Of a stretch of 64,000 bases of DNA, positions 11,842 through 23,000 are shown piece by piece. The DNA is from Octopus sinensis. Its lineage: Eukaryota. How positions within the stretch are numbered: the first letter of the stretch is position 1; each line of letters starts with the position of its first letter. Under the pieces are notes generated by a model. The model did no database searches and was not told where the DNA came from. It saw only the letters and a list, made by a program, of their open reading frames with translations. Made by a program: the position numbers and the translations under genes. The stretch is taken from positions 31,806,001-31,870,000 of the forward strand of contig NC_043014.1 of assembly GCF_006345805.1 (NCBI RefSeq), in the 5' to 3' direction.

Positions 11842-13175
11842 ATGCAGTTTGGGTTCGTGCCAGGGAAAAGTACCACTGATGCTATATTCCTGGTAAGGCA
11901 GCTGCAGGAGAAATACCTAGCCAAAGATAAGCCCCTGTACCTGGCTTTCGTTGACATGGAGAAAGCTTTTGATAGGGTCCCCCGATCCCTTATCTGGTGG
12001 TCAATGAGGAAACTAGGGATAGATGAATGGCTGGTGAGGACTGTGCAAGCCATGTACAGAGATGCCGTAAGTAAGGTTAGGGTTGGCAACATGTACACAG
12101 AAGAATTCAAAGTAGAGGTTGGGGTCCACCAGGGTTCAGTACTCAGCCCCCTCCTATTTATCATAGTACTCCAGGCAATTACGGAGGAATTCAAGACAGG
12201 CTGTCCCTGGGAGCTCCTCTACGCTGACGACCTTGCTCTTATTGCTGAGTCACTATCAGAACTGGAGGAGAAGTTCCAGGTGTGGAAGGAGGGTTTAGAA
12301 TCAAGGGGCCTTAGAGTCAACCTAGCTAAAACCAAAGTACTAATAAGTAGAAAGGTAGGCAATCCACAATATCTTCAGGAAGATGGCCCTGCTCGATCTG
12401 TAGAAAAGGTGTAGGTAGAAACTCTATAAGATGTACCCAGTGTAAGCTATGGACACATAAGAGGTGCAGCAATGTCAAAGGTAGGCTAACTGGGAAGATA
12501 GTTTTTGTATGTGGCAGATGCTCGGGAGCATTAACCTCCGAAAATCTGCAGAAAACAACTTCCGTCACTTTCCAGGGGGAAAAACTAGAAGTAGTTGATA
12601 GCTTCCGTTATCTAGGTGACCAAGTCAGTAGTGGGGGTGGGTGCGCTGAAAGTGTAACTGCTAGAATAAGAATAGCCTGGGCAAAGTTTAGGGAGCTCTT
12701 ACCTCTGCTGGTGACTAAAGGCCTCTCGCTCAGAGTAAAAGGCAGACTGTATGATGCATGTGTACGAACAGCCATGCTACATGGCGGCGAAACATGGGCC
12801 GTGACTGCTGAGGACATGCGTAAGCTCGTGAGGAATGAAGCCAGTATGCTCCGATGGATGTGTAATGTCAGTGTACATACTCGACAGAGCGTTAGCACTT
12901 TGAGAGAAATGTTGTACCTAAGAAGCATCAGTTGTGGTGTGCAAGAGAGACGATTGCGCTGGTATGGTCATGTGGCGAGAATGGATGAAGATAGGTGTGT
13001 GAGAAAGTGCCAATCCCTGGCAGTTGAGGGAACCCGTGGAAGAGGTAGACCCAGGAAAACCTGGGACGAGGTGGTGAAGCACGACCTTCGAACTTTAGGC
13101 CTCACTGAGGAAATGACCAGAGACCGAGACCTTTGGAAATATTCTGTACGTGAGAAGACCAGGCAGGACAAGTGA
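11842..13175 (+). pseudogene. RTE reverse transcriptase (partial; one frameshift near 12360-12372) with inserted PHD finger
   Basis: ORF 11842-12414 joins, after a frameshift, the frame of 12711-13175, which reads open from at least 12372 (SSGRWPCSIC...VREKTRQDK*). Confidence 0.9.
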
Positions 13176-13266
13176 GCCCAGCCCACTTATGAATGCCTTT
13201 CCTCCCTTGGACACAAAGACCGGTTGAGGCAAGCGAAGTCGATATAGAACCTCATCCGACGACAGA

Positions 13267-13712
13267 CACCCATGCCAACCCCCCATGCTTGCGAAGACAT
13301 GTTGGGGCAAGCGAAATCGAAATCGAAACCGAATTGAACCAGCCAGGATCCCTGGCCTGGTGGTACGTAAAAAGCACTATCCGACTCGTGGCCGTGGCAC
13401 GTAAAATACTCCAATGCGACCGTACGACAGGCACCCATGCCAACCCCCTTTGCTTGTGAAGACATGTTGGGGCAAGCGAAATCGAAATCGAATTGAACCA
13501 GCCAGGATCCCTGGTCTGGTGGTACGTAAAAAGCACTATCCGACTCGTGGCCGTGGCACGTAAAATACTCCAATGCGACCGTACGACAGGCACCCATGCC
13601 AACCCCCTTTGCTTGTGAGGACATGTTGGGGCAAGCGAAATCGAAATCGAATTGAACCAGCCAGGATCCCTGGTCTGGTGGTACGTAAAAAGCACTATCC
13701 GACTCGTGGCCG
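13267..13712 (+). repeat. About 160-bp tandem repeat (about 2.8 copies) in the RTE 3' UTR
   Basis: Unit starts (cacccatgccaacc) at 13267, 13432 and 13591. Confidence 0.9.
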
Positions 13713-14106
13713 ATGCCAGCACCGCCTCGACTGGCTTCCGTGCCGGTGGCACATAAAATACACCAATCTGACCGTGGCCGTTGCCAGCCCCGCCTGGCAC
13801 CTGTGCAGGTGGCACGTAAAAAGCACCCACTACACTCACGGAGTGGTTGGCGTTAGGAAGGGCATCCAGCTGTAGAAACATTGCCAAATTAGACTGGAGC
13901 CTGGTGCAGCCTTCTGGCTTCCCAGAACCCCGGTCGAACCGTCCAACCCATGCTAGCATGGAGAACGGACGTTAAACGACGACGATGATGATGATGATAT
14001 ATATATTATATATATATATACATACATACATATACATATACACACACACACACATATATATATCTAAAAGTCTTTGTGAAAATTACTTGATACAGTTTTA
14101 CTAAGT

Positions 14107-14334
14107 ATTCTTTTATTCTTTTATTCATTTATTTGTTTCAGTCATTTGACTATGACCATGCTGGAGCTCTGCCTTTAGTCGAGCAAATCGAGTCCAGGAC
14201 TTATTCTTTGTAAGCGTAGTACTTATTCTATCAGTCTCTTTTGCTGAACTGCTAAGTTATGGGGGCCATAAATACACCAGCATATGTCATGCGATGTTGT
14301 GGGGGGAGGTGGAGGCAAACACACACACACATAG

Positions 14335-14366
<32 letters not shown>

Positions 14367-14515
14367 GACGGGCTTCTTTCAGCTTCTATCTACCAAATCC
14401 ACTCACAAAGCTTTGGTCAGCCCAAGGCTATAGAAGACACTTGCCCAAGGTGCCATGCAGTGGGACTGAACATGGTTGGTAAGTAAGCTACTTACCACAC
14501 AGCCACTCCTGCACC
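14107..14515 (-). mobile_element. SINE family A
   Basis: Reverse complement of 42460-42858. Confidence 0.8.
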
Positions 14516-14652
14516 TATAAGTATAAGAAAGATTTTAAAAAAAATTATTTTTAAAGAAATTCTTTATCAGAATGTCACTGACTTTTGTGGAAGAAGTTTA
14601 TTTCTAGTGTGTGTAAGAGCTTTTGATTATCTTTTTAAACACAAATAGATAA

Positions 14653-14698
<46 letters not shown>

Positions 14699-14779
14699 TG
14701 AGAAAGAGAGAGAGATTGACAGATAGATAGACTAGTTTCCAACTGAAACTGAGTCTGTTTGTAAATTCAAATAGTTTTT

Positions 14780-15050
14780 TGTAAAGTTTGGTTCCCTGGC
14801 TGGTGACTTAACATGCTTCTTCAGTAAGACAACGCCTATCCCGGCATTCTTAATTTGACCAAAAATGCCCACACCCACTATATTTTCCTGATATAGTGCC
14901 TACAAGTACAAGCTTTTTTGTTTTTGTTACCTTCCCAATAGTCTGTGAAGTGTTTCGTTCAATAATGAGATGATGCAGAAAGTATAACTTGATGACTTCT
15001 TTCAATCAAAACCCATTGATTTATACTGTCAAGGTATTGGCAATCTGGTG
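14780..15050 (+). mobile_element. Decayed mariner transposase fragment
   Basis: Degenerate LLQ.DNA.P and FF..KP.DLY.QGI..L motifs. Confidence 0.35.
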
Positions 15051-15059
15051 AAATATTGA

Positions 15060-16635
15060 GTGTCATAAGAAGCTTGCTTCCCAACCACATGGTTCCATGT
15101 TCAGTTCCACTTCATGGCACCTTGGGCAAGTGTCTTCAACTATAACCTCTTGTGAGTGGATTTGGTAGACAGAAACTGAAAGTAGCCATGGTACATATAT
15201 ACGTGTGTGTGTGTGTGTGTGCATGTGTGTGTTGTGTATGTGTGTTTGTGCATGTGTGTGTGTGCATGCGTGTGTTTGTGTGTGTGTGTGTGTACAGGGG
15301 CTGGATAAAATAATGGAAACACCTTAGAATTTCAAACAAATTAATTTTAATATGGGGTAGGACTGCTTTGTCAGTAATTACAGCTTGAATTCTATGAGGT
15401 ATGGACTCATACAAAGTTTGAATTGTTTACAAAGGAATCTATGTTCATTCTTCAGCTAAAACAGTCTCCAGTTTTTGTAGTGATCTTTTTCTAAAATGTA
15501 CCATAGATATTCAACAATATTGAGATCTGGGGACTGTGGTGGCCAAATAAGATGTTCAACTTCACTAGAATGTTCCTTGGGCCATTCAGTAACAAATTTA
15601 AGCTATGTGAATTGGTGCATTATCATCCTGAAAGATTGCATTTCCCTTCAGAAACAGTTCTGCAACCAAAGGATGAATTTGATCAGATAAAATGCTTAAA
15701 TAGTCTTCATTATTAATTTTACAATAAAGGGAAACCATTGGGCTGGCAGATATAGCCCCACCAGATCATCACAGATCCTCCTCCATGTTTAACAGTTGTA
15801 AGAAGGCAGTCTGGGTCAAATGTTTCTTTTGGCTGTCTCCTCACATATACTTGGCCAGTGGTCAGAAATATGGTAAAGGATGACTCGTCCAAGAAAAGGA
15901 CATTCTTCCACTGCTCTAGGGACCAATTTTGTAGGTTTTAATCCATTCTAGACTCTTTGCAACGTTTGTTTTTGAAAGTAGTGGTTTTTTTATTACAGCC
16001 CTCCCATGAAATCTGGCTTTGTGCAGCTCCTGGTGAAAAGTTTTGTGGAAACTAGTTTCTCGAGGTGGTCATTAAGCTCTGCAGTAATTTTGGGAGCTGT
16101 ACTTTTGTGATTCTTTCTAACAATTTGTGTATGAGTCCAACAGTCCCAATCTGAAAGTTTTGGTTTTCTTCTGGAGTTTTGTTTTGACGAGGAGGTTTTT
16201 TCCTCTTTCTCAAAGGCTGTCATTACTTTCGAGACAGTAATTCTTGATACACCAAACATTTTGGCTGTTTTCATTATGCTAGTGCCTCCATACAAGCACC
16301 AACAATTTGACCCCTTTGAAGTCCGATAGATCTGTCATTTTAATGAATTTTAATTACCTTTTTCTGATGATATCTGAAAAGAAACATAAATTTTAGCAAA
16401 ACATATTAAGCAACTCTAATAATAAATCAAAAAGCATTAAAATAAACAAGCTTTTGACAGTTTTATAGATATTTTGAAATTATGATACTACGATATTAGG
16501 TGTTTCTGTTATTTTGTCCAAACCCTGTATATATATATATATGTGTGTGTGTGTGTGGTGTGTGTGTGTGTATACAAACACACAAACATGCACACATACA
16601 CACATATATATACATATACACATTTATATATATAT

Positions 16636-16683
<48 letters not shown>

Positions 16684-16890
16684 ATATATATATGAAAGAG
16701 TGTATGTGTGTGTCTTTGTGTCTGCGTTTGGCCCCCATAAATGATTGACAACCAGTGTTGGTGTGTTTATGACCTGTAACTTAGCAGTTCAGCAAAAAAG
16801 ACTGACAGAATAAGTACTGGTATCAATTCATTTGATTGAAAATTCTTTAGGGTGGTGCCCCAGCATGACCACAGTCTAATGAGTGAAACA
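15060..16890 (+). mobile_element. SINE family A split by a Tc1 insertion
   Basis: 5' half at about 15060-15230 and 3' half at about 16715-16890. Confidence 0.7.
15295..16527 (-). mobile_element. Tc1-family DNA transposon, full length (about 1.23 kb), decayed transposase
   Basis: TIRs CAGGGGCTGGATAAAATAATGGAAACACC / CAGGGTTTGGACAAAATAACAGAAACACC with TA on both sides. Minus-strand HTH (AKMFGVSRITVSKV), DESSF, VKHGGGSVM, FQDDNAPIH and WPPQSPDLNIVE (DD34E type). Confidence 0.92.
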
Positions 16891-17303
16891 AGAAAAAGAA
16901 AAAAAGAAATGAAGGAGTATATATTATTGACTGATTTGATAGAATTATTGATAGCAAAAATATAATAATTAAAATAAATAAAAAAAAAGATGTATTAATA
17001 TGACAATCCAGTGTATAACTGCAGGACCATCCTTGCAGAGAAGAAGAAAAAAGAAGAAAAGCAAGAACAGTGTAACCAACCCTGATCATCCTACCTTTCC
17101 ATGCGGTCTATCTGGTTGTACCTATTTGCCCCAAAAGAGACTCATCAGGTATCTGCAAGCTTGCAAACAGATGTGGACATCCTCCTCAATAAATCTTTGC
17201 TTGTGAAGCCATGCCAAGAATGTAATCATCATCATCATCATAATCGTCGTCATTGTCGTTGTCTTCATCATCATCATCATCATCATCATCGTCATCATCA
17301 TTG

Positions 17304-17342
<39 letters not shown>

Positions 17343-17472
17343 ACATCTAATTCCATCTTCTATATTTGACATGGACTGTGTGTGTTTATAAATGAAAATA
17401 GATATAAAGTATGTATTAGTGTGTGTGTATATATATGTATCTCTGTGCATGTGCGTGTGTGTGTGTATATAT

Positions 17473-17518
<46 letters not shown>

Positions 17519-18129
17519 TATATTTGTATCTTGGGAGGGTCATTATACCAGTAATAATAATAATAATAATAATAATAATACACACAGGTTCAATTCTGCT
17601 CCTTTATTTTAGTCGATTCGGCCAAATATCTAACCAACTAACTAATTTATCATTTGTTTAAAGTGCCAGTTAAATAATCAATCAATTGTTTGTTTACCAA
17701 ATTCCTTTCATCACTATTTGTAACCTCAGACAAACAAACAACTAATTGATTGTTTAACCAGACAATTAATTGATTATATCTTTAACTAAATGACTAACAG
17801 TAAAGAAATGGTACTGAACATGTGCGCGTGTGTTATTATTATTGGCAAAATGACCCTCCCAAGATAACAAGATTTGTTTCAGCACACAAATCCACATGAA
17901 GAATCTTGCTAACAAAATACAAGAATGTATGACATATATGCATATGCATGCATATATACATACATACATACATACATACAAATGACCCCCTCCCCCCAAT
18001 ACGTACCCAAACATTGAAGTAGAACTCAATCTAACAATCGACCCACCTACCAGATAACCTCTAGTCCTATATAGACCACAACCCACCAAAACAGACGCCA
18101 ACATACACATCCAAAACCCTATCTCCACC

Positions 18130-18380
18130 CAGGTAACCTCCCCTAATTGGATTAAATGAACTAGAACCCAAGATGTCATATGGGCCCCCCACCTTCACCC
18201 TTAACCTCTAGACTCAGGTACCAAAACTCTTCTTTGCTCTACTCGAAAAACATTTCCCTAAATCTAACTCCCTTAGAAAATTATTTGACCCCATCCCAAT
18301 CTATAAAATTATCCACCATCAACATTGCTGGAATTATCCTACATCTTAACACCAAGAAACTCTGAAATCCACTAAAGCTA
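18130..18380 (+). mobile_element. Penelope-like RT-to-endonuclease linker relic
   Basis: Frameshifted DVIWAPP.., FFALLEKHFPKSNSLRKLF and NIAGIILHLNTKK, matching PLE IIWFNPP..FL.L.DKHFP...L.KIF..N...II.SHN. Confidence 0.6.
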
Positions 18381-18502
18381 ACCCCCACTCTAGTAAATTA
18401 ATTCAACATAGCCCCCAAACTCAATACATATAAACCCAATACACCAATTGACCACCCACCATAACTACAATTATAGTGCCCTTGCTAACACCTGATACTT
18501 AA

Positions 18503-18556
<54 letters not shown>

Positions 18557-18571
18557 ATATATATATATATG

Positions 18572-18658
<87 letters not shown>

Positions 18659-18724
18659 GTCTATTTATCTGTCTGTCTGTCTGTATATCTATCTATTTAT
18701 CTATCTATCAATATATGTTATATA

Positions 18725-19055
18725 TTACTCTTTACACTTTTACATATTTCAGTCATTTGACTGCAGCCATGCTGGAGCACTGCCTTTAGTTGAACAAATC
18801 GACCCCAGGACTTATTCTTTGTAAGCCTATTACTCATTCTATCAAGCGATAGACACAAAGGCACACACACATAAATATATATACATATATATACATATAT
18901 ATATACATGACAATCTTCTTTCAGTTTCCATCTATCATATCCATTCACAAGGCTTTGATTGACCCAAAGCTTTCCAAGGTGCCACACTGTAGGGCTGAAC
19001 CTGGAGCCATGTGGTTGGGAAGAAAGCTTCTTACCACACAGCCAAGCCTGTGCCT
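18725..19055 (-). mobile_element. SINE family A (internally deleted)
   Basis: Similar to 42460-42858. Confidence 0.7.
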
Positions 19056-19594
19056 ATAAATATATATATATATATATGTATGTATATGTATATATGTCTA
19101 TGTATATATGTGTATGTATATATGTAGTTATAAAGAAATATAATTAGAGGCATTATAGATAATGATTTAGAAGCTTTTGTAATTATCTTTTTATGTAGAA
19201 ATATATATTGAAATTTAGTTTGAAATGATATATTTATATTTAGTATTACATTTATAATATACTAACTATATTTGTTATATTTATATTTAAAGAGATATTC
19301 AATTAACTTTTTATTCAGAAATATATATTAGAATTTAGTTTATTATGTTATATTTATATTTTTGTAGATATCTTGCATAATTAAGGTACTTCAATATTTC
19401 AATATATGTTATTATGTAATAAAACTTCAATTGTAAGAATTTAAGTACATGAACAAAAACATTAAGCAAAGTCAAAATTCAGGATTGGGTTAAACAGGAA
19501 TTTCCTTTGTCTAATTATTGTTGTTTAGTTCCTCAGATTTGCACGGACTGAGCAAACCAATGACCAAATGAGATTATGACCATTGCTGTGATCA

Positions 19595-19806
19595 TTCATC
19601 ATCATCATCATCATTGTTCAACCGTAGTCGAGACAATGGAATTTACCATGCTACGCCAGACTTCACGGTCCATCATGGCATTACGGAGGTCCTGTTGCTG
19701 GATGCCTGTATCCCTGGAGATTACATCAGGGTAGGAGAGTGTGCGCCCTCTAGTATTGCGAGTAGATGGCTTCCAGAGGAGAAGAGTATTTTGGGTGAGG
19801 GAGTAA
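19595..19806 (-). mobile_element. 3' end of a second RTE-like LINE family
   Basis: LLLWKPSTRNTRGRTLSYPDVISRDTGIQQQDLRNAMMDREVWRSMV followed by a (TGA)n tail. Confidence 0.7.
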
Positions 19807-20928
19807 ATCAATTATACTGACCACTTGGTATTTATTTTATCAACTATGAAAAGATGAAAGGCAAAGTTGACCTCAGCGGAATCTGAACACAGAACATAAG
19901 TGTGGACGAAATGCTGCTAAACATTTTTCCTGGTGTGCTTGCGATTCTGCCAGCTCACCACCTTAACCATGGGGAAAAAGTACCTTGCTTGGAAATAGGT
20001 GAGAGTTGGTTACAAGAAGGGCATGTGGCCACAGAAAATTTGCTTCAATAAACTCCATCAAACCGAAGTAAGCATGGAAAAAGGGACGTTAAAATCACCA
20101 CCACCACCACCACCATCACCACCAGCCGGAGAGCTGTACCAAACTCCACTCTGGTATGGCTGGATGCCCTTCCTAACACCAGCCACTCCAAGAATGTGGC
20201 AGGTGCCTCTAACGTGTCACTGACATGGGTGCCTTTTATGTGTCACCCGCACAAGCCACGGCTATGATTTGAAATTTCAAATAAGGATTTTGCTTTTAAC
20301 AATCATTTCAAAAAGACTAGATGGTGTGGTATGAGTAAGATTTAGCTGTTATTTCTACCAGACTGAAGAATCAAGAAAAGGCTGCTTTCTTTTGCTCCTC
20401 CTTTTGTTTCATTTAATGTGAATAAAAGCCTTAGAAAGTTTGAATCTCTATGCTGTATTAAACGATGGCTCTATGGCAATAAGGCGTAGATAGCATCAGC
20501 AATTAGCTTATCAGCTGTATTCCTTCCACACAGGATGAAAAATATCAACTATTGTTAGTTGTTAACCTTATCAATGAGATTAGAAAGTTCCTGATATTCT
20601 TTACTCAGCAGTTTAGGAGAAAATGCTTAGCGTTTCACTAACTCAGCTTGCATGTTGCATTCAAAGCAACACTGCATTGTAGATAGGTGCATAAATGCAT
20701 ACATATACAATTACACATATGCATGCACAAATTTATGTGATTGTATGTGTGTGTATGCGCTTGTGTGAATGTATATATGTATATGTGTGTGCATGCATGT
20801 GTGCCTGTGTGTGTGTATATATGTATGTATGCGTGAGTGTGTGTGTGTAACTGTATGTATCTATAACTGTATGTATGATGGATGTATGCATATATGTATG
20901 TATATATATGTATGTGTCTGTATGTATG

Positions 20929-20962
<34 letters not shown>

Positions 20963-21037
20963 TGTGTGTATGTATGTATGTATGTATGTATTCATGTATG
21001 TATGTATGTATGTATGAATGTATGTATGTATGTATGA

Positions 21038-21069
<32 letters not shown>

Positions 21070-21834
21070 GTGTGTGTGTGTGTGTATGAATGTATGTATG
21101 TATTTATGTATGTATGTATGTATGTATGTATGTGTGTGTATGTATGTATGTATGTATAAACAATTGCATGCAGTAGATCGGTAGATTACTGAGTGAGTTG
21201 AACACATGATAATCAGAATATTCATGAGAAGTAGATGGATGGTAAGGACGAGGGGGTGGGTAGGTATGCAGATTGATGTATAAATGCGGACAGAGAGGGA
21301 GACGGATTAGAGAGAGAGAGAAGGAGAGAGAGAGAGAGAGGGAGAGAGAGAGAGAGAGAATGCTCGGTGGAAAAGTTAGTTGAATCTTATCGATAGACAG
21401 AAAAGGAACCTTCAATGAGAATTGTAAACAATATACCAGAAGATGAAGGGTTGGTGGCAGTGGTGGTGGTGGTGGTGGTGGTGGTGGTGGTGATGGTAGT
21501 GATGGTGGCGAAAGAGATGACAAAGAAGAAGACAGCTGTGGCGTTGGCCGTGATGATGATTATGAAGCCTGGTGTCATTGTTTTCATTTAACTTCAGATT
21601 GAATCAGATTGAGTCAATCCCATGAATGAAGGCTTTTCAGTTCTGATGATCCCTTCTCACTTAGACCTTCTAGGACAACATTACATAAAATATGACCTTC
21701 CCCTTTTTTAAAAATATATTACAGAGGGTCTCAACCAAGGTCCATGTAGCCCTTGAGGGTATACTTAAGATATTGCTGTTAAATTTCGTTTTGGGATTTG
21801 GTTTGCAAGATTCCTTATGGGAGTTTGTGTGTTG

Positions 21835-22044
21835 AAGCATATTCTGTTGTGTCTGGGGGGAGTAATTCTCTTTTCGTGCCTTATAATTTAACACACTCAC
21901 TGGTTAAATTTCCACTTATTTCTTATTTATTTTTCTAAAATTTTCGTTGCGTCTTGCAACCTTTTCAATAGTTTTGACTCAAAGTGTGTTAAATTATAAG
22001 GCTCCAAAAGACAATGACTCTCCTCAGACACAACAGAATTTGCT
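21835..22044. repeat. Imperfect inverted repeat (about 62-bp arms)
   Basis: 21835-21897 is the reverse complement of 21983-22044 with several mismatches. Confidence 0.85.
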
Positions 22045-22167
22045 GTTAAAGTTTATCTGCAATAAATCAGTTATACTTCTACAGTACACTAAATATTTTA
22101 ACAATTTTTTTCATACAATTCCTAATAATATATGGACCATGTACTACCGATTTTTTCCACAAAACAG

Positions 22168-22304
22168 GGACAGAGGTAGCCCATTGGAGAAATGAACCTC
22201 ATGAGGTGGAGTGGCTACTGCTGAGAGTGTTGCTGCCATTCTGTGTAGTAATGCCATCACAGTCAATACTGCAGAGTGCGGCTGAGCACACCACTTGTTC
22301 TAAG
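22168..22304 (+). CDS. Candidate exon (TEVAHWRNEPHEVEWLLLRVLLPFCVVMPSQSILQSAAEHTTCSK)
   Basis: Acceptor ttttttccacaaaacag, strong donor AAG|GTATGT, one open frame, unique GC-elevated island. No homology recognised. Confidence 0.3.
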
Positions 22305-22464
22305 GTATGTCGATCATCAGCCCTCTCCCTCCGTCTTTCATTACTTCTCCTCTTTTTTCTCCCCTTTTCTTTTTCTTTTTTCATCTTTTTAAAGTTTTTA
22401 TAAGTATATAAAATGTTTCAAAATAAAAAGTAAAATATAAGATTTTTTAAAGATCGTTACCAAC

Positions 22465-22944
22465 GTCGCCTTATTGGCACTTGTGCTGGTGGCACAGGAA
22501 AAACATTCAAGCAAGGTCGTCGCCAGTACTACCTGACTGGCTCTCATGCCAGTGACACGTACAGGCACCTGCTTGGAGTGGTTGGCATTAGGAAAGGCAT
22601 CCAGCTGTAGAAACTCTGCCAGATCAGATTGGATCCTGGTACAGCCATCTGGTTTGACAGTCCTCAGTCAAAGTGTCCAACTTATGCTAGCATAGAAAGT
22701 GGACGTTAAACGATGATGATGATGATCATCATCATTAAAAGCATCCAGCACACACTGTAAAGTGGTTGGTGTCAGAAAGGGCATCCAGCCATAAAAATCA
22801 TTGCCAAATCAGACAGGAGTCTGGTGCAACACCCCAGCTTGCCAGCTCTGGTCAAACCATTCAGCCCATGCCAACTCTGGTCAAACCATCTAACTTATGT
22901 CAGCATGGAAAACAGATGTTAAAAGCTGTTGAAGATGATGATGT

Positions 22945-22950
<6 letters not shown>
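22465..22950 (+). mobile_element. Two adjacent RTE 3'-tail copies
   Basis: Two successive gttgg..aaaggcatccagc..aac(t/c)catg..agcat..gttaaa+(GAT)n units. Confidence 0.7.

Positions 22951-23000
<50 letters not shown>

Larger units (their letters stand above)
11825..13998 (+). mobile_element. 5'-truncated RTE-clade non-LTR retrotransposon
   Basis: RT motifs [45 protein letters not shown]; C-terminal RGRGRP.KTW..DR..W; 3' UTR ends in (GAT)n. Confidence 0.95.
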
